A DNA stretch of 64,000 nt from Candidatus Dormibacteria bacterium (GCA_050011555.1 JBEKIT010000005.1:36379-100378); one strand, 5' to 3'. Shown: positions 18,491 to 27,714, counted from the stretch's first letter. The notes: a model not told the origin generated them from the letters alone. Numbers and translations: made by a program.

Positions 18491-19933
18491 GTGAGCACGG
18501 AGCGCGGGCCCGCTCGGCGGCTGGCCCTGGGCAGCCCGGCGGGTCGCTGGCTGCTGGCCGCGACCGTCCTCGGCTCCGGGATGGCCCTGCTCGACACCAC
18601 CACGGTGACGGTCGCCCTGCCGGCCATCGGGCGCGACCTGGGCGGCGGTCTGGCGACGCTGCAATGGGTGCTCGACGCCTACCTGCTCACCCTCGCCGGA
18701 ATGGTGCTGCTGGGCGCCGCGCTCGGCGAGGTGGTGGGCCATGACCGGGTCTTCCTGGCCGGTGCCGCGGGCTTCGGGGTGATCTCCATCCTCTGCGCCG
18801 CGTCGCCGAATGGGCTGACCCTGGTGCTGGGCCGGCTCGTGCAGGGCGCGGCCGCCGCGCTGCTGGTCCCCGGCGCGCTCGCCATCGTCTCCACCAGCTT
18901 CACCGCGGAGGATCGCGGCCGCGCCATCGGGGCCTGGTCGGTGATCTCCGGGACGGCCACGGTCATCGGCCCGCTGCTGGGTGGCCTGCTCGTCGACCAC
19001 GCGGGGTGGCGGTGGGTGTTCTGGATCAACGTCCCGCTCGCGGTGGCCGCGGTCGGCGCTGCCTGGGGTCACCTCCCCGCCCGGGAGGCCGGCTTCCGAG
19101 GTCGGGCCGATCGCCTCGACATCGGGGGCGCGCTGGCCGTGACCGTCGGGCTGGGGCTCGCCGTCACCGGCCTGATCGCGGGGCACACCCTGGGGGTCGC
19201 GATCAGCCTTGCGGCGGTGGTCGCCGGGCTCGCCGTGATGGTCGGTTTCGGGATCATGGAGAGGCGCCGGGACCACCCCCTGCTGCCACTCGGCCTCTTC
19301 CGCATCCGGGCGTTCACGGTCGCCAACCTCAGCACCCTCTTCGTCTACGCGGCCCTGAGCGCCGCGCTCCTCCTGGTGGTCATCGAGCTCCAGGCGGTGG
19401 CGGGCTACAGCGCGCTGGAGTCCGGGGCGGCCATCCTCCCGGTCACCCTGCTGCTCTTCGCCCTGGCCCCCCGGATGGGAGGGGTGGTCGGCCGCCTCGG
19501 TGCTCGGAGGCTGCTCACCCTCGGCCCGCTGGTCGCGGCGGTCGGGCTGCTCCTCTTCATCCGGGTGTCGGGCCCCGCCTCCTACCTGACCGTGGTGCTG
19601 CCCGCCGCGGTCCTCCTCGGGCTCGGCCTGGCGGCAACCGCGGCGCCGCTCACCACCACCCTGCTGGAAGCCGTGCCGGTGACCCGTGCCGCGATCGCCT
19701 CGGGGGTGAACAACGCGGTCACCCGGGTGGCCGGGCTGCTGGCGGTGGCGGCGGTGCCTCTGGCGGCGGGTCTCGCCGGGATCGATGACCTCACCGGAAG
19801 CGCGTACGACCAGGGCTACCACCGGGCCATGGTGGTCGCGGCCCTGCTCTGCGTCGCCGGGTCCGCCGTCTCCTTCGTCGGGCTGCGCCCTCACCGGCAC
19901 CGCGCGGCCGCGGACAACGCGGTCAGCGCGTGA
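18491..19933 (+). CDS. MFS transporter (DHA2-like, 14-TMS drug/H+ antiporter type)
   Basis: About 14 hydrophobic segments. MFS motifs GRxxDRxGRR-like (EDRGRAIGAW), LDTTTVTVALPAIGRDLGG. Confidence 0.88.
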   Translation: MSTERGPARRLALGSPAGRWLLAATVLGSGMALLDTTTVTVALPAIGRDLGGGLATLQWVLDAYLLTLAGMVLLGAALGEVVGHDRVFLAGAAGFGVISILCAASPNGLTLVLGRLVQGAAAALLVPGALAIVSTSFTAEDRGRAIGAWSVISGTATVIGPLLGGLLVDHAGWRWVFWINVPLAVAAVGAAWGHLPAREAGFRGRADRLDIGGALAVTVGLGLAVTGLIAGHTLGVAISLAAVVAGLAVMVGFGIMERRRDHPLLPLGLFRIRAFTVANLSTLFVYAALSAALLLVVIELQAVAGYSALESGAAILPVTLLLFALAPRMGGVVGRLGARRLLTLGPLVAAVGLLLFIRVSGPASYLTVVLPAAVLLGLGLAATAAPLTTTLLEAVPVTRAAIASGVNNAVTRVAGLLAVAAVPLAAGLAGIDDLTGSAYDQGYHRAMVVAALLCVAGSAVSFVGLRPHRHRAAADNAVSA

Positions 19934-22404
19934 GCACCTCCAGCGGGCTGCCGGCCGGGAACGCGGCGGCCCCGGACGCCGGGGCCGGTCCCGACGTCGG
20001 GGCGCTTGCGCAGGCCTTCAGCGCCCACGTCGGCCTGACCCTCGATCCCTTTCAGGTGGAGGCGATCGAGAAACTGGAACGCTCCCGGGGCGTGCTGGTC
20101 AGTGCGCCCACCTCGAGCGGCAAGACGCTCATCGCCGAGTACGCGATCTGGCGCTGCCTGGCGGCACCGCCGGGGCTGCGGCTGGACCCGGCGCGAGCCC
20201 ACCGGGTCATCTACACCACCCCGCTGAAGGCGCTCTCCAACCAGAAGTTCCGCGACCTCGGGGAGCGGTACGGCGGGGCCAACGTCGGTCTGGTCACCGG
20301 CGAGCACACCCTCAACGAGTCCGCGCCGGTGGTGGTGATGACCACCGAGATCCTGCGCAACATCCTCTACGACGAGCCCGCGCGCCTCGACCTCGTCGGC
20401 GACATCGTCCTCGACGAGGTCCACTACATCGACGACCACCCGCGCGGGACGGTGTGGGAGGAGGTGATCATCGAGGCGCCCCGCCACATCCGGATCACCG
20501 GGCTGTCGGCGACGATCAGCAACGTCGACGAGGTGGCCGCCTGGATGAGCGGGCTGCGCGGGGGCGTGGAGGTGGTGACCCAGACCGAGCGACCGGTGGC
20601 CCTCGAGCTCTGGCTCTGCCTCGACAACCAGCTCTGGCCGCTCTTCGACGAGCGCGGCCAGGTGGACCGTCGCACCCTGGAGAAGGCGCAGAACCTGAGC
20701 GCCGGCGATCTCCGGTTGCGCTACGCGCGGCGCGCCCCCGAGAACGACCTGCTCCAGGTCATCGAGCGCCTGCGCGGCAACGGCATGCTGCCGGCCATCT
20801 ACTTCATCTTCTCGCGACGCGGCTGCCGCGAGGCGATCTCGCGCTGCGCGGTGCACGGCCTCGATCTCACCACGCAGACCGAGAAGCTGGCTGTCGACAC
20901 CGAGCTCACCCACCGCCTGGAGGCGATCGCGGACGACGACGAACGCCGTGTCTTCCTCGATGCGCTCGACGGCAAGCTGCTCCGCCGCGGCATCGCCATG
21001 CACCACGCCGGCATGCTGCCGTACGCCAAGGAGACCGTCGAGGTGCTCTTCCAGCGGGGCCTGGTCAGGGTGGTGTTCGCCACCGAGACCCTCTCGCTCG
21101 GCCTCAACATGCCGGCCCGGGCCTGCGTGGTCTCCTCGTTCACCAAGTTCGACGGCACCGGATTCCATGCGCTCACCCCGGCAGAGCTGACCCAGCTCAT
21201 GGGGCGGGCGGGCAGGCGCGGCATCGACACCCTGGGACACGGGATCATCCTCAAGGAGTCGGACGTCGACGTGCGCGACATCTACGACGCCGCGATCGGC
21301 GGCGAGATGAGCGTCGAGTCGAAGTTCGCGCCCACCTACACCATGGTGCTCGCCCTGCTCAAGACCCGGAGCCTGGAGCGGGCCGAGGAGCTGCTGGACC
21401 GCTCCTTCGGGCAGTACCAGGCACTGCTGCGCAGCGAGCACTGGGTGCACCGCAGGGCAAACCTCGAGAAGCTGCGCGACGATCTGGCGCGGCGCGTCTT
21501 CCGCCATCCGCGGCTCGCCTGCACCGAGGTGACGCTCACCCGCCACCTGCGGCTGGCCGCCCAGGTCGAGGCCATGGACACCGAGGTGCGACGGGCCCAG
21601 CGCCAGCACTGGCGCGACAGCCGGGCGGGCCGCTACGGCGGCCGCGCCGCCGATCCCGGCGGGCGGTTCGAGACCATGCGGCGCTCCCTGAAGGCATCGC
21701 GCGCCCGGTTGGAGCAGAGCCCGTGCACCGGCTGTCCCCACCTCAGCGAGCACCGCGGCCACCGGCGCGAGACCGAGGAGGTCGCGGAGACGCTTCGCCA
21801 CGGCGAGGAGGAGCTGCGCTCGGCCCGAGGCCGCTACCGGCGCGAGTTCCGAGCCCTGCGCGGGGTGCTGCGCGAGGCCGGCTTCCTGGAGAACGACCGG
21901 CCCACCGAGCTGGGGCTGCTCGCCGAGGCACTCTTCGGAGAGAGCGCCCTGCTGGTGGCGGATGCGATCCAGGCCGGCTGGCTCGAGGAGCTGACCCCGG
22001 CCGACCTGGTGGGCGTGCTCACCATGCTGGTGGCCGAGGACCGCGGGCGTGATCGGCCCCCGCCGGCCCGCCGCCAGTGGCCCAGCCGGGGCGTGGAGCG
22101 CGGTCACCGCCTGCTGCGCGCCGACCTCCAGCGGCTCGCCGCCATCGAGGAGCATCACGGGGTCGCCACCCTCCGGCCGCTCTCCTTCGACTTCGTCGGA
22201 GCCGCCCACCAGTGGGCCTCCGGGGTGGCGCTCGCCGAGATCGACGTCCCACCGGGCGCCGACGTCGGCGACCTCGTGAAGGCGGTCAAGAACCTCTACT
22301 CCCTGCTCCGCCAGATGGAGCAGGCAGTCCGCGAGCATCGGCTGGCGCCCCTGGTGAGGCGGACCCGCGAGGCGATCGAGCGGGAGATGATCCGCCGGAT
22401 CTAG
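19930..22404 (+). CDS. helY: HelY/Ski2-like DExH-box RNA helicase
   Basis: FQVEAIEKLERSRGVLVSAPTSSGKTLIAEYAI (motif I), LDEVHYIDDHPRGTVWEEVII (DEVH), GLSATISN, IAMHHAGMLP...VVFATETLSLGLNMPAR. The C-terminus is Ski2-like. The GTG start overlaps the MFS stop (GTGA). Confidence 0.9.
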   Translation: MSTSSGLPAGNAAAPDAGAGPDVGALAQAFSAHVGLTLDPFQVEAIEKLERSRGVLVSAPTSSGKTLIAEYAIWRCLAAPPGLRLDPARAHRVIYTTPLKALSNQKFRDLGERYGGANVGLVTGEHTLNESAPVVVMTTEILRNILYDEPARLDLVGDIVLDEVHYIDDHPRGTVWEEVIIEAPRHIRITGLSATISNVDEVAAWMSGLRGGVEVVTQTERPVALELWLCLDNQLWPLFDERGQVDRRTLEKAQNLSAGDLRLRYARRAPENDLLQVIERLRGNGMLPAIYFIFSRRGCREAISRCAVHGLDLTTQTEKLAVDTELTHRLEAIADDDERRVFLDALDGKLLRRGIAMHHAGMLPYAKETVEVLFQRGLVRVVFATETLSLGLNMPARACVVSSFTKFDGTGFHALTPAELTQLMGRAGRRGIDTLGHGIILKESDVDVRDIYDAAIGGEMSVESKFAPTYTMVLALLKTRSLERAEELLDRSFGQYQALLRSEHWVHRRANLEKLRDDLARRVFRHPRLACTEVTLTRHLRLAAQVEAMDTEVRRAQRQHWRDSRAGRYGGRAADPGGRFETMRRSLKASRARLEQSPCTGCPHLSEHRGHRRETEEVAETLRHGEEELRSARGRYRREFRALRGVLREAGFLENDRPTELGLLAEALFGESALLVADAIQAGWLEELTPADLVGVLTMLVAEDRGRDRPPPARRQWPSRGVERGHRLLRADLQRLAAIEEHHGVATLRPLSFDFVGAAHQWASGVALAEIDVPPGADVGDLVKAVKNLYSLLRQMEQAVREHRLAPLVRRTREAIEREMIRRI

Positions 22405-22630
22405 TGCACTGGCCCAGAGGTGGCTTTCTGGTTCGCCGGCCAGGCCGCCGGAGCCGAGGAAGGGGTGGTGGGAGGAGGAGCGCACCAGGAGGTGCCGCGC
22501 CTGACGGCGCCGCCGCCGGGCCCCCTGACGCTGGCTTCAGGGCGCGCAGCGCCCCCGGCGGAAATGGCCGGATAAAACGGGAAGTCACTCCTGGGCCGTG
22601 CACAGTAGCCGGCCGCCTCTCGGACCCGAT

Positions 22631-22642
22631 GCGACCGGTCGC
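22631..22642. promoter_or_regulatory. 12-bp perfect palindrome GCGACCGGTCGC upstream of the Kelch-protein gene
   Basis: Seen directly in the sequence, 46 nt upstream of the ATG at 22688. Candidate operator. Confidence 0.25.
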
Positions 22643-22687
22643 GCATGACCGCGGGCGGCGTACGGTTGACGGCACGGACGCGACGCC

Positions 22688-24034
22688 ATGACCGACATGG
22701 GCCCCACCGCGCCGGAGGGAGAGCCCCCACCGGACGGAACCGCCCGAGCCGCCTCCGGCGGCTGGGACGATGAGGCACGCCACCCGGCACGGCGGTTGCG
22801 CCGCGCCCTGGCCGTCCGCGGCGGGGTCCCGCCCGAGCCGGTGGCCCCCGGGGCCGCGCCGGAGCGCGCGGACTTCGACCTCGACCCCGCGGCGGTGGCC
22901 GGCGCTCCGGGCGCGCCGCGGCACGGCACGAGAGCCCTCACCCGCCGGACCCTGGTGGTTGGCGTCGCCCTGGCGACGCTGGTGGCCGCGGCGGCCGGCG
23001 CTGTGGTGCTCACCTCGGCGCATCGCGCGCCGCTGGCGGTCGTGACCCCGACCCCCACCGCGATCGCCCTCCCCGCCGCGCCCCCGGTCCGCCCCTCGGC
23101 CCGGGTGGACGCGGCGATGGCCTACGACGACGCCGACGGCGACGTCATCCTCTACGGCGGGTTGGTGATCGGGGGCACGGGCCTGCGCGCGCTCGCCGAC
23201 ACCTGGAGCTGGAACGGGGTGGAGTGGAGTCGGCTCGACCCGGCGACGTCGCCGCCCGCGCTCAGCGATGCCCTGCTCGGCTATGACCCGGTCACCGAGG
23301 AGCTGGTGCTGACCGGAGGCGACCAGTCCAACCGGACCGACGGTCTGGTGGAGGCCGACGCCACCTGGACCTGGAGCGGATCGTCGTGGTCCGCTCAGCC
23401 GTCGGGCGGGCTGCCGGCACCGGACCTGCCCGGCGCGATGGCCACCGACCAGGCGACCGGGCAGCTCATCCTGGTCACCGGCAGCGCCGGCTGCCAGGGC
23501 ACCGAGACCTGGCGATGGGGGGCCGGATCCTGGGTCCTGCTCCACCCCGCGACATCCCCCCCGCCGGCGTCGGTCGACGGGCTCGCCTTCGATCCCGCAT
23601 CGGGGGGCCTGGACCTGCTCGAGGCGTCCGGCGGCTGCGCCGGGGACGCGGCCAGCACCTCCGCGACGCCGCCGGCGTGGTCGTGGAACGGCTCGACCTG
23701 GAGCCCGGTCCCGACCCCGGCCGCGTCCGCGCTGGCGGCGTCGTGGGAGCTGACCACGTCGGCCGAGGGAACGCTGCTGGTCTCCTCGGCGGGGACGTTC
23801 CTGCAGGGCGGCGGGGAGGACGGCGAGTGGACCGAGGTCTCGTCGAGCCCCGCGGCCGGCGACTCGTCGGTCGCCTACGACGCCGGAGACGGCCAGGTGG
23901 TCCTCTTCGGTGGCATCTGCGCGACCTGCGGCGCCGACGCGGTCCCCTACACCTGGACCTGGGACGGCGGCTGGACCCTCCGCGACTCCACGGCCGCCAC
24001 GGCGATTCCGCCCGCGACCCCCTACGATCGCTGA
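22688..24034 (+). CDS. Membrane-anchored Kelch-repeat (beta-propeller) protein
   Basis: One TM helix (LVVGVALATLVAAAAGAVVL) followed by about 6 repeats with W-x-W/Kelch signatures (TWSWNGVEWS, TWTWSGSSWS, TWRWGAGSWV, AWSWNGSTWS, YTWTWDGGWT) and VILYGG/VVLFGG strands. Confidence 0.7.
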   Translation: MTDMGPTAPEGEPPPDGTARAASGGWDDEARHPARRLRRALAVRGGVPPEPVAPGAAPERADFDLDPAAVAGAPGAPRHGTRALTRRTLVVGVALATLVAAAAGAVVLTSAHRAPLAVVTPTPTAIALPAAPPVRPSARVDAAMAYDDADGDVILYGGLVIGGTGLRALADTWSWNGVEWSRLDPATSPPALSDALLGYDPVTEELVLTGGDQSNRTDGLVEADATWTWSGSSWSAQPSGGLPAPDLPGAMATDQATGQLILVTGSAGCQGTETWRWGAGSWVLLHPATSPPPASVDGLAFDPASGGLDLLEASGGCAGDAASTSATPPAWSWNGSTWSPVPTPAASALAASWELTTSAEGTLLVSSAGTFLQGGGEDGEWTEVSSSPAAGDSSVAYDAGDGQVVLFGGICATCGADAVPYTWTWDGGWTLRDSTAATAIPPATPYDR

Positions 24035-24292
24035 GTGGCGCGGATCGAGGTGCTGGCCGAGGGCGGCGGGGCCTTCCAGGTGCGGGTGGAGGGGCGGAGC
24101 TTCGCGGTGACCGCAAGCGACGGGCTGGCCGGGGAGCTGGGTGCCCCCGACGCGGAGGCGCTGGTGCGCCAGTCGTTCGCATTCCTCCTGGAGAGGGAGC
24201 CGGCCGGATCGATCCTCCCCCGCTTCGACCTGACGGTGATCGGGCGTTACTTCCCGGAGTGGCGCGAGGAGATGCGCAGCCGCTGGCTCTGA
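24035..24292 (+). CDS. Small hypothetical protein, coupled to the upstream Kelch gene
   Basis: The GTG follows the upstream TGA by 1 nt. 85 aa (MARIEVLAEGGGAFQVRVEGRSFAVTASDGLAGELGAPDAEALVRQSFAFLLEREPAGSILPRFDLTVIGRYFPEW...). Strong GC3 bias and no recognisable family. Confidence 0.45.
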   Translation: MARIEVLAEGGGAFQVRVEGRSFAVTASDGLAGELGAPDAEALVRQSFAFLLEREPAGSILPRFDLTVIGRYFPEWREEMRSRWL

Positions 24293-24326
24293 CGTGTGGC
24301 GTCCGTCCTGGGCGGCCGCGCCATGC

Positions 24327-25019
24327 TCAGGGGACGGCGTCGACGGCCTGGCGGACCCAGCGCGCGATGACCCCGCGCCGCTCCGCATCGGTGCGCCGCA
24401 GCCACTCCCGCGCGTCATCGGGCAGCGTGAGGTGCCGTGCCCAGGCGCCCAGCAGCGCGCCGTCGACCTCGACGTGGAACTGGAACCCGTAGGCCCGGCC
24501 GAGTCGGAACGCCTGGTTGGGGTACGCCTCGCTCTGAGCCAGGTGGCAGGAGCCGCGGGGCAGGTCAAAGGTGTCGGCGTGCCAGTGGAGCACCGCCAGC
24601 GTCGGGCCGCAGCCCGCGAAGACGGGATCGTCGCGCCCGGGCGCGGTCAGGGTGACCGCCCCCAGGCCCAGCTCCGGGCCCCGCTCCCCGGGCCGCACCG
24701 GCGCACCGCAGGCGGCGGCGGCGAGCTGGGCGCCGAGGCACACCCCGAGCACGGGCAGCCCGCGGGTCACCGCCTCGTGGAGGAGCACCACCTCGTCGCG
24801 GAGCCGCCGATCCGGCGCGTGCACGCTCTGGGGACCGCCCATCACCACCAGGGCGGTCACGCCGTCGAGGGCGGGCAGCGGATCGGCGGCGCTGAGCCGG
24901 CGCACCTGCATGCCGAAGCCGGTGGCGATCTCGCCGATCAGGCCGGGGCCCTCGTCCTCGGCGTGCTCGATGACCACCAGCATGGGAGGTCTCGACCCCT
25001 CCACCGCCGGCTCGGTCAT
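24327..25019 (-). CDS. Class-I glutamine amidotransferase-like protein (GMP-synthase-N-terminal type)
   Basis: Catalytic Cys in LPVLGVCLGAQLAAAA and His/Glu in FQFHVE. 230 aa. The start overlaps the stop of the upstream gene (4-nt overlap). Confidence 0.85.
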   Translation of the reverse strand: MTEPAVEGSRPPMLVVIEHAEDEGPGLIGEIATGFGMQVRRLSAADPLPALDGVTALVVMGGPQSVHAPDRRLRDEVVLLHEAVTRGLPVLGVCLGAQLAAAACGAPVRPGERGPELGLGAVTLTAPGRDDPVFAGCGPTLAVLHWHADTFDLPRGSCHLAQSEAYPNQAFRLGRAYGFQFHVEVDGALLGAWARHLTLPDDAREWLRRTDAERRGVIARWVRQAVDAVP

Positions 25020-25555
25020 TCCTCGCGGACCATCGCCTCAGGGACCGAGACGACCCGGTACGGCAGGTCGGTGATGTCGTAGTAGCGGACCGCTTTGTGG
25101 AACCGCTTGGCGATCCCGATCTGGACCTTCACGCCGAGCGAGATGGTGCCGAAGACCCACATCTCGTCCGACTTGACGATCAGATTGTTGAAGGCCTCGC
25201 GCACCGTCTCCTTGGGCACGGTGTGGAGCAGGTAGTAGTCGAAGAGCATGAAGGGGACGATGGGGACGGCCCCCTCATCGAGGACGAACTTGCTGATGTG
25301 CTGGCGCCAGTAGAAGTTGCGATTGCTAATGGCGCAGTAGACGATCCGTCGCGGACGGCGCAGCACCCGCTCCGCCTGCTCGGCAGGGGACGCCTTGGGC
25401 CGCGGGGTGAAGATCCGCTCGAGGATGTCCTCGGCGTCCTTGACACCCCCGCTGACGGCGGGCGTCGGCGTGGTTTCTTTGTCGGGCACGGCGGCACCCT
25501 GTCTCTCACTGTGCGGGAGCACAAACAGCGTCCGATCATAGCATCGCTCGCTCAT
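25016..25555 (-). CDS. Nucleoside 2-deoxyribosyltransferase-like (DUF4406-like) fold protein with N-terminal extension
   Basis: RIVYCAISN..., ...DEGAVPIVPF..., ...LIVKSDEMWVFG... and ...SLGVKVQIGIAKRFHKAV resemble the NDT/Rcl/LOG-type flavodoxin-like fold. In NDT the corresponding motif is GTAFEMGYA, with a catalytic Glu; here that position is Gln. The region is visibly A/T-richer. 4-nt overlaps on both sides. Confidence 0.45.
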   Translation of the reverse strand: MSERCYDRTLFVLPHSERQGAAVPDKETTPTPAVSGGVKDAEDILERIFTPRPKASPAEQAERVLRRPRRIVYCAISNRNFYWRQHISKFVLDEGAVPIVPFMLFDYYLLHTVPKETVREAFNNLIVKSDEMWVFGTISLGVKVQIGIAKRFHKAVRYYDITDLPYRVVSVPEAMVREE

Positions 25556-26211
25556 CCGGATTCCGCCCAGGCGACCAGATCGGGAAGTCGGGCGAGGGCG
25601 CGCTCCAGGCGGGCGATGTGCGCCGACTCGTTGAGCCAGCGGCTCTGCCCGGACGGGTGGGGCAGCGGGAGCAGCAGGGGCGCGCCGTCACCCACCTCCG
25701 CCTCGGCTCCGGAGGCGTCGAAGAGGCTCCCCACCGCGGCCTCCAGACCCTTCCCGGGAAGGAAGCGGGTCAGCGCCAGGGTCCCGATCGGGAGCACCAA
25801 CCTCGGCTTCAGCAGCGCGAGGACCCCGTTCAACCAGCCGGCGCAGAGGGCGACCTCCCGCGCGCTGGGACGCCGGTCGCCACGGCCGTCGGGGGTGCGC
25901 CCGGGGAAGCAGGTGGTCATCGAGGTCATGTAGACGCGGCGCCGGACGTCGGCGTCGCCGGCGAAGCCACCCCGCTCGAACCAGCGCATCAGCTGCCGGC
26001 CGGCGCGGCCCGCGAAGGGCCGCTGCCCGTCGTTCTCGACCGGCCCCGGAGCCTGTCCCACCAGCAGGATCCGCTGTCCCGGATGGCCGCTGAAGACCGG
26101 GTTGGCAGCCGCCAGGAGGCCCGCGCCGACGCAGCGGGTGCAGGCGCGGTGCGCCGCCTGCAGAGCGTGCAGGGAGCCCCCCTCCAGAGGCGTCCGCTCA
26201 GCTCCGGGCAC
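25552..26211 (-). CDS. Uracil-DNA glycosylase superfamily protein (family 4/5-like, Fe-S type) with non-canonical motif A GQAPG
   Basis: Motif A is ILLVGQAPGPVENDGQRPFAGRAGRQL. The family-4 consensus is GEGPG; E to Q is the kind of change seen in UdgX and UdgB-type enzymes. Motif B is LPLPHPSGQSRWLN. Cys residues for a 4Fe-4S cluster: CTRC, TCFPGR, LCAGW. Confidence 0.75.
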   Translation of the reverse strand: MPGAERTPLEGGSLHALQAAHRACTRCVGAGLLAAANPVFSGHPGQRILLVGQAPGPVENDGQRPFAGRAGRQLMRWFERGGFAGDADVRRRVYMTSMTTCFPGRTPDGRGDRRPSAREVALCAGWLNGVLALLKPRLVLPIGTLALTRFLPGKGLEAAVGSLFDASGAEAEVGDGAPLLLPLPHPSGQSRWLNESAHIARLERALARLPDLVAWAESG

Positions 26212-26380
26212 GCGCGAGCTCCGGCAGCCGGACGCGGGCGGCCCCCGGCCGGCGCGAGCTCCGGCGACGGATCGGAAGGCGGTCGACCCGGCGCGCGGTC
26301 GGGGGTATCATCTCTATGCGGCCGCATCGCATTGTCAACGTGGAGGCCTGCGGACCGCATGGCGCGCGCAGTGGGACGTG

Positions 26381-26758
26381 ATGCCTGACGACGACTACCG
26401 TCCGACCCACGGGCTCCCCCCGGATTCGCGGTCCACGAACGTGCCTCCGGATTGGTGGTCGCAGCTCGACCGCAACGACCTGCCGCCGGATGGTCGGGAC
26501 CCGGGCGACGGGCGCGGTCACCGGCGCGGGCGTGACGACGCCGCACACGCCCATCGTGGCCGCCGCCCGGCTCGACCGGGCCTGAGCTGGCAGCGGTGGC
26601 TGATCAACCTCGCGCTCATCGCTATCGCGGCTCTCCTGCTGATCGCCGGACTCGACGCGACCCCCAGCGGGGCCGCGCCGATCCTGATCGTTTTGGGCAT
26701 TCTGATCCTGCTCGCGGCGGTGGCCGTCCAGACGGTGCGCGCCCGGCATCGGGGGTAG
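26381..26758 (+). CDS. Small hypothetical membrane protein
   Basis: ATG at 26381, about 125 aa, two C-terminal TM helices (WLINLALIAIAALLLIAGL; ILIVLGILILLAAVAV). Confidence 0.4.
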   Translation: MPDDDYRPTHGLPPDSRSTNVPPDWWSQLDRNDLPPDGRDPGDGRGHRRGRDDAAHAHRGRRPARPGLSWQRWLINLALIAIAALLLIAGLDATPSGAAPILIVLGILILLAAVAVQTVRARHRG

Positions 26759-26817
26759 CGGCGAGGGTGCGAGGCGGCCATGGGGACGGGGCCGCCGGGC
26801 GCAGCTAGCATCTCTCC

Positions 26818-27693
26818 ATGGACGTGGAGCGGGAGCGGCGGCGCCACCGCAGGCACCTGGACCCGGGACCCGGCGTGCGGCTTCCCCGGCTCGCCGCCGA
26901 CGTCGACGCCGCCGCGACCCAGCGCCGATTCCGAGAGGCCGCCGAGGACGTGGCCGCCCTGGCCTCGGCGGCTGACGCCGCCCTCCTCGAGCAGCTCGCC
27001 ACCGCACCGGTGCGGGCCATGGGCAGGGTGGTGTACTCCAGCAACGCGGTCTTCCTGCTCGAGCTGGACGCCCCCGACCCGACGGTGGCGGGACAGCCGC
27101 TGCGGGCGATCTACAAACCGGCCCGGGGGGAGCGCCCGCTCCACGACTTCGCCCGCCACACCCTGCATCTCCGCGAGCGCGCCGCCTACCTGCTGAGCGC
27201 GGCGGCCGGGATGGCGGTGGTGCCACCCACGGCGCTCCGGGACGGGCCCCACGGGCCCGGGAGCGTCCAGCTCTACGTCCACGGCGGGGACGAGGAGCTG
27301 CCCGCGAGCGCCACCGACGCCCTGGAGGCCCAGCTGCACCGGATCGCGGTCTTCGACATCCTGGCGAACAACGCCGACCGCAAGCGCGCCCACCTCCTGC
27401 TCGACGGCGCGGGGCACCTCTGGGGGATCGACAACGCCCTCACCTTCCTCCCCTACCCCCGGCAGCGAACCGTGCTCCTCCACCTGGGGGGCGACGACCT
27501 CGAGCCCGAGGACGCGGAGCTGGTGCGCGAGCTGCGTGACGGAGCCGTCCGCGACGCGCTGCGGGCCGCCCTCCGCCGGTTGCTGACAGCCGCCGAGGTC
27601 GACGCCTTCGAGGCCAGGGTGGAGGAGCTGGCCGAGCACCCGTGGTACCCCCGGCTGGACGAGTGGGACGGCCGCCCGTTCGAGTGGTGGTAG
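26818..27693 (+). CDS. SCO1664-family protein (PI3/PI4-kinase-like/HipA-like fold)
   Basis: Characteristic motifs of the actinobacterial SCO1664 family: AIYKPARGERPLHDF, HTLHLRERAAYLLS, VFDILANNADRKRAHLL, HLWGIDNALTF. Confidence 0.7.
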   Translation: MDVERERRRHRRHLDPGPGVRLPRLAADVDAAATQRRFREAAEDVAALASAADAALLEQLATAPVRAMGRVVYSSNAVFLLELDAPDPTVAGQPLRAIYKPARGERPLHDFARHTLHLRERAAYLLSAAAGMAVVPPTALRDGPHGPGSVQLYVHGGDEELPASATDALEAQLHRIAVFDILANNADRKRAHLLLDGAGHLWGIDNALTFLPYPRQRTVLLHLGGDDLEPEDAELVRELRDGAVRDALRAALRRLLTAAEVDAFEARVEELAEHPWYPRLDEWDGRPFEWW

Positions 27694-27714
27694 CGGGTTC
27701 GGGTTCCCGGGCGT

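Noticed and set aside
22286-24568. 760-aa minus-strand ORF antisense to the Kelch gene and the downstream small ORF
   Set aside because: It is Arg/Gly/Pro-rich and low-complexity, with no motifs. The opposite strand encodes a protein with clear repeat structure. It is a typical high-GC antisense artefact.
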